Assembly: GCA_003132325.1 (NCBI GenBank) | Contig: PKXK01000075.1 | Location: 23,763-87,762, forward strand | Length of the DNA: 64,000 bases | Direction: 5' to 3' | From: Acidobacteriaceae bacterium | GTDB lineage: Bacteria; Acidobacteriota; Terriglobia; Terriglobales; Acidobacteriaceae | Shown: in pieces, positions 51,899 through 60,004 of the stretch | How positions within the stretch are numbered: position 1 is the stretch's first letter | Layout of the letters: every line of letters starts with the position of its first letter | Made by a program: the position numbers and the translations under genes | Notes under the pieces: model-generated | Seen by the model: only the letters and a program-made list of their open reading frames with translations | Database searches by the model: none | Told to the model about the DNA's origin: nothing

Positions 51899-54800
51899 TT
51901 AGAAGACCAGCTTCAGGCTGAACTGAATCTCCCGCGGCACTCCGTCGGTGGTGCTGATCACTCCTACCTGCGGCGACGAGAGGTTCGAGTTCGGCAAACT
52001 GAAATTGGCGTGGTTTGCGATGTTGAAGAAATCCGTCCGGAACTGCAGGTTCGTGCTCTCGGTGAGCCGGAAGACTTTCGCCACCGAGGCATCGATCTGC
52101 GCGAATCCGGGACCGATCACCGGGGTACGGGAAGCGGTACCGATATGACCGGCCGCTGGCGTGGTGAAAGCGCTAACGTCGAAATATTCGTTTACCCCGC
52201 CCAGAACCGGGTTGGGGCGGGAGATATTCGGGCGATCTGGAAAATCAATGTAGTCGCCGATACCGCTAGCGTCGGTGCCCAATAGTACGGAGAATGGCTG
52301 ACCGGTCTGTGCCGACCCCAGCGAGCTGACGTTCCAACCTCCGAGTAGCGCATCCACTACGCCGTTGGCGCTGTCCAGATGTTTCCGTCCTTTGCCGAAC
52401 GGGAGTTGGTAGGTCACACTCTCGGTGAACCTTTGCCTCCGGCTGAACGCCGATTCGGAGCGATCCAGGCGAATATTGGCGGGATAGAGACTGGCCTGGG
52501 CCACTCCTGTCAGAATGTTAGAGGAATTGTAAGCGTCAGATTCGGAAATATTTTTCGCCCAGGTGTAACTAGTCTGGAAGTTCACGGCGCCCACCGCGCG
52601 GGACAGCTTCACTGTCCCCCCGTTGTACAGCGCGTTGGTATCATACCGCCGGGAGTACAGAGAGAAACCCACCCCGGCTTGAACGAATCCAGGCGCCCCG
52701 GTCGGCGGATTTGGTGCGGCGCACCCGCTTGCCGGAAAAACGGGAAAGCCGTTGCTATCGAGCACTGGATGCGCATCTCCGCCGCACGGCTGGTTGTAGT
52801 TGGCTTCCAGTTTCCGTGGCAGGTGCCACGACTGAGAACCCGTGTATGTAAGTTCCAGGCTCATGCGCCCTGGGAGTTCCCGTTCCACGCCGAAACTCCA
52901 CTGCTGCGTAGTAGGAGAGTTCATCGGTTCGAGCACACCGGTAATCAGCCCCGGGAACGGACTTGGCGCCGTGCAAGTGGCGCATGTCGGAAACTGCCCC
53001 ACTGGTCCAAAGAAGGTGTTCAAAACCGGCTGCGGATTGTTCCATTGCAGAATGCCCTGTGCCAGCCCGGCGAAATCCACGAAGTCATTAAAGATTCCGT
53101 ACCCCATCCGGAATACGGTTTTGCCGTCCCCGAAGGGATCGTAGGCAAACCCCACCCGGGGTTGAAATTGGGTTAAGGAATAATTGTTGTAGGGCACGCC
53201 CACATGCACGGAGGTTGCGTACGGCGATTGCCAGCTCCCCAACTGATTGTGTGCGTCCGAAAGAACCGGAATCTGCAAATCGTGGCGGATCCCGAAGTTG
53301 AGCGTCAGTTTGTGGGTAACGCGGAAAACGTCGTTGACATACCACGCAAGCGGCGTCGTGCGCGCATTGAAATGACTGGGCGGACCGTCGCGATGGATCA
53401 GAGTGACCGTGGGCGCGCCCTGCAACAGCGTAGTGAGGTCAGAGAAAGTGTAGCTGCCGCCCGGGATAGTAGCCGATGACCAGTTCCACTGGATGCGTTC
53501 CACCATGCCGCCAATAGCGATCGTGTGCTTGCCATGGACCCATAACAGGTCATCGTTGAAGGGCACAACGTTCTTCGCCTCGGTAAACGGACTGGCATCG
53601 TCGTTACCTAACAACGACAGACTTCCACCCGAGGTCCCCGCGCTGCCGTTACCCACTGTGATCACGCCAATAGTTTGCCTGGCAGGATTGCCGGTGTATT
53701 GATCGGACTGGAGTTGCACCGTGGGGTTCGTGCTGGAATTGAGGAACTGCCTGAGCAGACTCACGCTGGCCGTATTGACCAGGCTGGAGCTGATGGTGCG
53801 GCTCCACTTGACCAGAACGTTTTGGTCGCGGTCGAAGCGATTGAACTGGAAGTCGGGAAGATTGAATGCTTGCGTGGCGCTGGCATCCACGATCTGGTAA
53901 CGGAATTGGAGTTGGTCCTTGGAGGTCAATGCGTGAGTGAGGTTTGCCACCCCGAAATCCTGCCGTGTAGGTTGGTGGTTGGCGAACGCAGCCTCAGCGA
54001 TACCGGAGGCGGGGAAGGAAGGAAGCGAAGGCGACGGATCGGGGAACAGTGCCAGCAAGGGCAGAACTGCAGGCACGAGTCCGGGCACAGGCACACCGTT
54101 GATATTGCCAATACGCGCTCCCGCATCGGGCACAAAAGCAATGTTGGTGGTGTTCAGACTTTGCCGCAACCCCTCGTAGTTGATGAAGAAGAAGGTCCGG
54201 TCCTTCACGATTGGACCGCCTAACGTGCCGCCGAATTGGTTGCGTTTGAAGGCGGGCTTGTAGGGCGAGCCATCGGCATTGAAATCGAAGTACGACCGGG
54301 AATCAAAGATGTCGTTTCGCAGGTACTCGTACACATTCCCGTGAAACTTGTTGGTCCCGGTTTTGGTCGCAAACGTCACTACTGCCGCCCCCGCTCCGCC
54401 ATACTCCGCGCTGTAGTTGTGGCTCAGCACTTTGAATTCCTGGATTGCTTCCACACCCGGCATATCGCCCGCCGCTGCGGTTCCCGGCGCCGTCAGGCTG
54501 CCATTCGAGAAGTTCACGCCGTCCATCAAGTACGCGACCGAACTTCCCATCGACCCATCGGCAGAAATATAGGACCCCGTGTTCGTGGCCGCGCTCAATA
54601 CGCTTGGCGGCGGCGTGCTGGTGATCTGCACCAAGCCTGGCTGCTGTGTTACCAGCGCCGTAAAGCTGCGCTGGTTCAGCGGCAGGTCCTGCAGTTGCTG
54701 GGTCTGAACCACGTTGGAAACTTCGGACTCCGTGGTCTGCACCGTGACTTCTTCGGCGTTGACTTCCACCGTCTCGGTGACTTGGCCGACATTCAGTGCG

Positions 54801-55144
54801 ATTTTCAAGTTGGGATTCGCCCCAATATTCAGCCGCACCAAATCGACTACCGCTTTCTGGAAGTTGGCCTGCTCCACCGTGACCGAGTAGCTTCCGGGAG
54901 GTAGCTGCAGCACAGTAAAGTGTCCTTGCCCATCGGTCACGGACTGGCTGGTCTGCCCTGTGGCATTGTTCTTCACCGTAACTTTTGCCCCGGCGAGGGC
55001 GCTGCCCGTCTTGTCGACCACGTCTCCCGCCAGGGTCGCCGTGGTCACCCCGACTTGGGCCCACGCGGGGGATACCCAGCAAACCATTTGCAAGTACAGA
55101 AAACACACCAGTGCTGTTACCGCAATACGCTTGAAAATACGCAT
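51899..55144 (-). CDS. TonB-dependent outer-membrane receptor with N-terminal carboxypeptidase-regulatory-like domain (Acidobacteria-type)
   Basis: Start MRIFKRIAVTALVCFLYLQ...AWAQ (signal peptide). ..GDVVDKTGSALAGAKVTVKN..TDGQGHFTVLQLPPGSYSV.. is the CarboxypepD_reg domain. A long beta-barrel follows, with C-terminal ..FSLKLVF. Confidence 0.9.
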   Translation of the reverse strand: MRIFKRIAVTALVCFLYLQMVCWVSPAWAQVGVTTATLAGDVVDKTGSALAGAKVTVKNNATGQTSQSVTDGQGHFTVLQLPPGSYSVTVEQANFQKAVVDLVRLNIGANPNLKIALNVGQVTETVEVNAEEVTVQTTESEVSNVVQTQQLQDLPLNQRSFTALVTQQPGLVQITSTPPPSVLSAATNTGSYISADGSMGSSVAYLMDGVNFSNGSLTAPGTAAAGDMPGVEAIQEFKVLSHNYSAEYGGAGAAVVTFATKTGTNKFHGNVYEYLRNDIFDSRSYFDFNADGSPYKPAFKRNQFGGTLGGPIVKDRTFFFINYEGLRQSLNTTNIAFVPDAGARIGNINGVPVPGLVPAVLPLLALFPDPSPSLPSFPASGIAEAAFANHQPTRQDFGVANLTHALTSKDQLQFRYQIVDASATQAFNLPDFQFNRFDRDQNVLVKWSRTISSSLVNTASVSLLRQFLNSSTNPTVQLQSDQYTGNPARQTIGVITVGNGSAGTSGGSLSLLGNDDASPFTEAKNVVPFNDDLLWVHGKHTIAIGGMVERIQWNWSSATIPGGSYTFSDLTTLLQGAPTVTLIHRDGPPSHFNARTTPLAWYVNDVFRVTHKLTLNFGIRHDLQIPVLSDAHNQLGSWQSPYATSVHVGVPYNNYSLTQFQPRVGFAYDPFGDGKTVFRMGYGIFNDFVDFAGLAQGILQWNNPQPVLNTFFGPVGQFPTCATCTAPSPFPGLITGVLEPMNSPTTQQWSFGVERELPGRMSLELTYTGSQSWHLPRKLEANYNQPCGGDAHPVLDSNGFPVFPASGCAAPNPPTGAPGFVQAGVGFSLYSRRYDTNALYNGGTVKLSRAVGAVNFQTSYTWAKNISESDAYNSSNILTGVAQASLYPANIRLDRSESAFSRRQRFTESVTYQLPFGKGRKHLDSANGVVDALLGGWNVSSLGSAQTGQPFSVLLGTDASGIGDYIDFPDRPNISRPNPVLGGVNEYFDVSAFTTPAAGHIGTASRTPVIGPGFAQIDASVAKVFRLTESTNLQFRTDFFNIANHANFSLPNSNLSSPQVGVISTTDGVPREIQFSLKLVF

Positions 55145-55190
55145 AGCCACTCTCCCGGGGGCAGTCGATCGGATTCGCAAAACAATGCTT

Positions 55191-55199
55191 GGGGGGGGG
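55191..55199. repeat. G9/C9 homopolymer in the 5' leader of the TonB-receptor gene
   Basis: Nine consecutive G on the plus strand (C9 in the mRNA), 47-55 nt upstream of the ATG at 55144. Confidence 0.9.
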
Positions 55200-55348
55200 A
55201 AGCGAAGAACAGGTCTGCAGCGACCACGGTGTCGTGCCCACGAAGAAGTGGGCTAGGCCGCTTCCGGCGAAATGGCAATAAGGATCCCACTTGTGGCTCT
55301 CCCGCCAAACAACCGCTGCCTACTCTTTCGCAATGTCTGACCTTTTCG

Positions 55349-55362
55349 ACCAAACGATTGGT
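55349..55362. promoter_or_regulatory. Operator-like palindrome, copy 7 (ACCAAACGATTGGT)
   Basis: 13/14 match. It lies 7 nt downstream of the -10 of the promoter at 55369-55397. Confidence 0.7.
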
Positions 55363-55368
55363 TGGTAC

Positions 55369-55397
55369 TATTTAATCGTTTCCCGCACGCTTGTCAA
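55369..55397 (-). promoter_or_regulatory. Sigma70-type promoter TTGACA-17-TAAATA for the TonB-receptor unit
   Basis: The minus strand reads TTGACA agcgtgcgggaaacgat TAAATA. Confidence 0.55.
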
Positions 55398-55643
55398 GCA
55401 TTTTTTGGATGGCGGCTCCGCATCTGCCCAGTTCCACAAAAATGGAATCGGCTAGGATTCAAAACTCGCGGTTCTGTAACGGTAGGTAGCGATTGGCGCC
55501 AGGTTCTAACATATCTCAAAAGCGGCCGGGTCAAGCCGACTCGCGATCAAACGAGGAGCGACAAAGGGCGGGCCTGACGAAGATCAGCGATGGGAAGAAC
55601 TACCAGCAGCAAGAGTGCGCGGCAACCGCACGACATCGAAGGC

Positions 55644-55673
55644 GGGAATGCGTTTGCAACTCCGCGCATTCCC
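55644..55673 (-). terminator. Hairpin downstream of the cytochrome c gene (possible terminator, no T-tract)
   Basis: GGGAATGCG (55644-55652) pairs with CGCATTCCC (55665-55673): a 9-bp stem with a 12-nt loop, 19 nt after the stop. Confidence 0.3.
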
Positions 55674-55691
55674 GGCTCTCGATCAGGATGT

Positions 55692-56129
55692 TTACTTCTT
55701 TTGCAGGGACTCGATGTACTTGTTCAGATTGGCGACACGCTGCTGCACTTCGGCTTCGTGTCCGGCGCTTATACTCCAGAACAGGTGGCCCCAGATCGGC
55801 ATATCCTTGCTCCCGTGGGCGGCCAGCACGTCATCTCCACGAATGATCGCAGAAACCTTCATTGCCGGATACTTGCCTCCGTTCTTGCCGGCCAACGCGG
55901 TCAGATCGGTCGGCGGCACCTTCAAGGCATCCGCAGCCGGACCGTTCCCTTTGCCGTCCGTACCGTGACAAACGGCGCAATACGTCTTGTACATCTCTGG
56001 CCCCGATGCTGCTGAGGTGGGTTTGATCGGGACACGTTTGATTTCTTTCTTCGGCGCCTGAGCCGATGCCATCATCACCATGGCGATGACTACCGCGAGA
56101 ACTATCCAAAGACTCCTACGAGCACGCAT
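55692..56129 (-). CDS. Class I c-type cytochrome, secreted
   Basis: Signal peptide MRARRSLWIVLAVVIAMVMMASAQA. Haem motif CAVCH, and a distal Met candidate in ..SKDMPIW... Confidence 0.85.
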   Translation of the reverse strand: MRARRSLWIVLAVVIAMVMMASAQAPKKEIKRVPIKPTSAASGPEMYKTYCAVCHGTDGKGNGPAADALKVPPTDLTALAGKNGGKYPAMKVSAIIRGDDVLAAHGSKDMPIWGHLFWSISAGHEAEVQQRVANLNKYIESLQKK

Positions 56130-56190
56130 TGATTTCCTCCTTGAGATCTAACTTCTCCCTCGTCTTACACTGCGTACAACAAGTCAGTCT

Positions 56191-56213
56191 AGTTTGGAGA
56201 CAAACTCCAAACT
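56191..56213. other. Perfect 9-bp inverted repeat AGTTTGGAG-acaaa-CTCCAAACT
   Basis: It lies in the gap between the thioesterase stop and the cytochrome c start. It contains GTTTGG/CCAAAC, the operator half-sites in everted order. Confidence 0.3.
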
Positions 56214-56271
56214 GTGAAGACCGTCACATCCCGGCGTGATTAAAGACGCAACGGTAACCAACCGTAGAGCG

Positions 56272-56706
56272 CTATTTCAGTTCCACATTTCGTTCATATG
56301 CCGCAATCGCCTGGCGAACTCGCGCCGGAAGCGCTTGCGCCCGCCTCGTTTCCGGGTTCGCATTCACGTGCACCACTTCCCCGGTCGTCAGCAGTTGGCC
56401 TTCACGCCGGATCTCAATCGCAAACGTGACACTGGAATTCCCCAACCGTGCCGCTCGCACTCCTATCTCGAGCACATCATCGTAACCAGCCGAACCGTGG
56501 TAGTTCACTAGTGCCTTCGCCACATACAGATCGCTACCCGTTCCCGCTAACCCATCTGGATACGGAAGCCCGATCGCACGCCAGTATTCCGTTATCGCCA
56601 CATCGAAATAAGTGAGATAGTGTGCATTGAACACGATTCCCTGCTGGTCCACTTCCGCCCAGCGCACCCGCAATGCCATCGTGAACGCATATCCCTGGAT
56701 CGCCAT
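56272..56706 (-). CDS. Acyl-CoA thioesterase, 4HBT/YbgC hot-dog fold
   Basis: ..VRWAEVDQQGIVFNAHYLTYFD.. is the typical YbgC-type N-terminus; 144 aa. Confidence 0.85.
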   Translation of the reverse strand: MAIQGYAFTMALRVRWAEVDQQGIVFNAHYLTYFDVAITEYWRAIGLPYPDGLAGTGSDLYVAKALVNYHGSAGYDDVLEIGVRAARLGNSSVTFAIEIRREGQLLTTGEVVHVNANPETRRAQALPARVRQAIAAYERNVELK

Positions 56707-56765
56707 GCTGCCCCTGGTGCACGCAGTATCGCAACTGAGGACCTCTCACCTCGAACCAACCGCAT

Positions 56766-57701
56766 TTACAAGGCTGCTGTGCACAGCCACCGATGTGGCT
56801 TCTCCGCTTCCGTTCGATAATAGTAAGCAAAATCTCCGTACCCAGTGCGTTCTCCGCAAGTGTATTTCGCGGTGCCAAACAACAAGTGCCCAGTGCGGTG
56901 TGGCCAGTGACCCGAAGTGTCCACGATATTGAGCGGTTGCACCCCCAGCACCAGCTTTTCACCCGCCTTGCTCACCACCTCCGCTTGGACCCGGGCTGGG
57001 ACGCGTCCGCTCTCCGGCCAGTGAACGGTGAAGTCCGCCGACTGAAGGAGATCGCGATTTCCGTTGCGCAGAATGTATCCGCAGAGTTGCTCGCGTCCAT
57101 CCGTAAACCCCTGGGGATAGACATTGACCGTAAGTGACTCGTCAAACAGCGGCCACAGCATGATGTACTGTTTCCACTTGGAACGTCCGCCCCAGCCCCA
57201 CATCCGGTCGCGGTAGCCCAGGCTGTCAATTGCGATCGTCGTATTCTGCAATCGGACCTCACCCGTGAACCGGCCGACCTGGTCAAAGTGGTTGCTGGAC
57301 GGTCCCTTGCTTTCCGACTCCATCCATAATTTCGATTCCGCCCAGGAGTAAGGGGCGTGGACAGCGTCGAACTGAAGATCCAACTGAATCTCTGGACTCA
57401 CATAGTAGACCCGCCACCGTTTCATTGGCTCCACGTTTTTCATAAAAACCGGGCCGAAGCTCAGACGATCTTCCTGAATATCCGCGGGGATGTGGTAATC
57501 CATCTTCATGTGATGGTGCAGGACCCGATTCCCCTGAAACACAGCGGCGATCACATCGGCGCGCTCCTGGTTGGGAAAAACGCCGAGGTAACACACGAAC
57601 TGCAAATCGTGCCGGCGGTCGTAGAAACCCCAGTACCAAGCCTCGCGCCACCAAGGTTCGGTCCCGGTCTGGTGGGTGAGATCATCGTGCGGCTGCAACA
57701 T
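56766..57701 (-). CDS. Conserved hypothetical, unknown family B, copy 2
   Basis: ..QTGTEPWWREAWYWGFYD.., ..SLGYRDRMWGWGGRSKW... Paralog of 34760-35686 and 60005-60877. Confidence 0.7.
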   Translation of the reverse strand: MLQPHDDLTHQTGTEPWWREAWYWGFYDRRHDLQFVCYLGVFPNQERADVIAAVFQGNRVLHHHMKMDYHIPADIQEDRLSFGPVFMKNVEPMKRWRVYYVSPEIQLDLQFDAVHAPYSWAESKLWMESESKGPSSNHFDQVGRFTGEVRLQNTTIAIDSLGYRDRMWGWGGRSKWKQYIMLWPLFDESLTVNVYPQGFTDGREQLCGYILRNGNRDLLQSADFTVHWPESGRVPARVQAEVVSKAGEKLVLGVQPLNIVDTSGHWPHRTGHLLFGTAKYTCGERTGYGDFAYYYRTEAEKPHRWLCTAAL

Positions 57702-57808
57702 GGGTGTACCCCCGGAAGACGCTTGTCAGCGTGGCGCCGGGCGGCATCGTTTCGTCCCGGTGACGCGAGGCACGAGCACCGAATCTGACATGCTATGCTC
57801 GTTCAACA

Positions 57809-57822
57809 AACAAGCGTTTGTT
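57809..57822. promoter_or_regulatory. Operator-like palindrome, copy 8 (AACAAGCGTTTGTT)
   Basis: 11/14 match, in the divergent gap between family B copy 2 and family A copy 3. Confidence 0.55.
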
Positions 57823-57845
57823 TTAACAACGGCAAAGATTATCAC

Positions 57846-59036
57846 ATGCCCTTCGGTGGGACCAGTGATTTGGATGGGAGAATGTCCGCCATGGTCGAGC
57901 GCGTAAATCGCGAGATTGCCATCTTCGAAAAGTATTTCCGGAGATTCTTCCGCGGAGAGGATCGCTCCAATCTACAGTCGGCCCTGTTCAATGTGCCGGG
58001 ACGACTGGTTGCCGGCTGTTGCGCCGACTACGAGAACATGGCTGCAGTCTTCCGGCACCTTCTGACAACCGCTTCGGCGGAGCAAATCGGCCGTCGGATG
58101 AAGCAGACTGCCTCGCGGCCCGGAATTTTTCAGATCACCTGCCTGCTCGTGAGTTATCTGATCGGGCGCCAACAGGAGATTCTGTTACGGCACGGCGAAG
58201 GCTTGTCCTACAGCGACGAGAAACATCTGGAAGAGATGGATCTGCTTTTCGAGGCGGGCCGGACAATTTTGAGTGCAGCCCGCAACGACGGCGCGCATTT
58301 TCCGGGCGAATCGCGGGATGAGATGCCTCTTCTGGACGATGCCGCCCAGCATACCCTGGTGCACCAGTTAAGCGAACCCTCCCTGCAGGATCTGTCCTGG
58401 AGGCGCCGCCCATGGGCAACTCTCACCGCCTATAACTTCTTGCTCCATGGTGAGATGCGGGACGGCATTTTCAATCACGGGCCTTACGATCTTGGAGGTG
58501 GCCACTGTCTCCTGGTCAGGGAGCTAACGGAGTTGCACAACGACTATTTCCCCTGGTCCACCAACATTCGCAAACTTCCCGCGGGATTCGTGCGGGCCAT
58601 GATCCTGAAGGACGTAGAATGCCGTTTCGATGTGCTCGGCGGCGTTGCCACGCAGCCGCAAGTATTCGAGGACAGGATCGTTCTCGATGGGCTATTTGAA
58701 ATATCCAAGGGCCGACTGGTTCCGACCGATGAGTCTGCCACCAGGAAGATTCTGGAGGTTGTGTCGGAAAACAGTAGAGTCCTATACGAAGAATTCTGCG
58801 GCTGGGAGGAATCCCGGAAACTTCGCTACGGCACGCTCCTGCACGCGAATTTTCTGCGCGGTTTTTGGGAACTGATCCCTGGGATTAGCGCCCATGGACT
58901 CGCCCGTAGCACAATTGTGGGATACGAACGCTCTGGGGAAGCGCACTTTTCTGAGTTGTCTAGTCGCCGAATTCCGTTGGTGATGGAGCACATCGCTAAC
59001 ACCACAGGACCCATCTTTTCTCCGCTTCGTCTCTGA
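57846..59036 (+). CDS. Conserved hypothetical, unknown family A, copy 3
   Basis: ..LFNVPGRL.., ..RRRPWATLTAYNFLLHGEMRDGIFNHGPY.., ..DYFPW.., ..NTTGPIFSPLRL. The start is uncertain (ATG 57846 or 57882). The ORF-track start at 57795 would put the palindrome inside the CDS. Confidence 0.65.
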   Translation: MPFGGTSDLDGRMSAMVERVNREIAIFEKYFRRFFRGEDRSNLQSALFNVPGRLVAGCCADYENMAAVFRHLLTTASAEQIGRRMKQTASRPGIFQITCLLVSYLIGRQQEILLRHGEGLSYSDEKHLEEMDLLFEAGRTILSAARNDGAHFPGESRDEMPLLDDAAQHTLVHQLSEPSLQDLSWRRRPWATLTAYNFLLHGEMRDGIFNHGPYDLGGGHCLLVRELTELHNDYFPWSTNIRKLPAGFVRAMILKDVECRFDVLGGVATQPQVFEDRIVLDGLFEISKGRLVPTDESATRKILEVVSENSRVLYEEFCGWEESRKLRYGTLLHANFLRGFWELIPGISAHGLARSTIVGYERSGEAHFSELSSRRIPLVMEHIANTTGPIFSPLRL

Positions 59037-59091
59037 TTAGTCTCGGGTAATCCGGCAGCGACCGCCGTGGAGCTCTCATTTAGCATCCGAA

Positions 59092-59105
59092 ACCAATCGT
59101 TTGTT
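59092..59105. promoter_or_regulatory. Operator-like palindrome, copy 9 (ACCAATCGTTTGTT)
   Basis: 12/14 match, 25 nt upstream of the ATG at 59130. Confidence 0.6.
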
Positions 59106-59129
59106 TGATACAGTGTTTTGGAAATTACG

Positions 59130-59930
59130 ATGCAGAAGGGTCGATCGCAAATTACGATCTCGCGCTTATGGGTTTTGCCCGGCGGCGATTTCACCGTGGA
59201 TTACTCCATCCTCGTGGAAGGGGGAGCCTCGCGAGAATATACGGTGCCGTGCCCCGCATTTCTCATCGAACACCCGGCCGCGCTCGTCCTCTTCGATACG
59301 GGCCTCAGCCCCCGTGCCATCGATGACCCGGCCAGTTACTACGGGGAGGAGATCGCTCTAGCCATGAAACTCCGCTTCTCCCGGGAACAACAGATTGACG
59401 CGCGACTGGCTGAGCTCGGATACCGTCCAACCAATGTCAGCCATGTGATCATGTCCCATCTCCACATTGATCATGCAGGTGGAATGTGCCTGTTTCCCCA
59501 CGCGACATTCCACGCGTTTGCCGATGAACTGACCGAGGCCCGGGCAGTGCGCCATGCACCTCATGCCGTCTACAAGCTGGAGGATCTGGCTCCCGTCGAA
59601 AACTCCGCATGGAAGCTCTATGGCAGTGACGTAGATATTTTCGGAGACGGTAGTCTACGGTTCTTCCGATTGTCTGGCCACAGTGCGGGCGAGGGGAGCC
59701 TCCTGGTCAGGCTGGCTTCTCGCAATCTCATGCTCACCGCCGATACGGTGCACGTGCGCGAAGCTCTCGAGCGTGAAAAGCCGACCCTTTTTGACTCTGA
59801 TCCGGTTGCGGCTGTCCGGAGCGTGCAGCGGCTCAAGCAGTTGATCGCGGAGAACGGTGCGGACTCCTGGATCGCACATGATGCGGAGGATTGGCAACGC
59901 TATTGCACCTTCCCGAATCCGCTAACCTAA
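59130..59930 (+). CDS. MBL-fold metallo-hydrolase, N-acyl-homoserine-lactonase-like subgroup
   Basis: ..VPCPAFLIEHPAALVLFDTG.., ..IMSHLHIDHAGG.. (HxHxDH), ..LSGHSAG.., ..AHD... Confidence 0.8.
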   Translation: MQKGRSQITISRLWVLPGGDFTVDYSILVEGGASREYTVPCPAFLIEHPAALVLFDTGLSPRAIDDPASYYGEEIALAMKLRFSREQQIDARLAELGYRPTNVSHVIMSHLHIDHAGGMCLFPHATFHAFADELTEARAVRHAPHAVYKLEDLAPVENSAWKLYGSDVDIFGDGSLRFFRLSGHSAGEGSLLVRLASRNLMLTADTVHVREALEREKPTLFDSDPVAAVRSVQRLKQLIAENGADSWIAHDAEDWQRYCTFPNPLT

Positions 59931-60004
59931 CTCAATTCCCCTAAGTCTGCTGCGTCTGCCAATTCCGACACCTTCGCACGCTGACGAAGAAATTGTAGCC
60001 GACT

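Noticed and set aside
55145-55348. Possible riboswitch in the long leader of the TonB-receptor gene
   Set aside because: I could not find a B12 box or any other riboswitch core motif I know. It is left as an unexplained leader (see the homopolymer finding).
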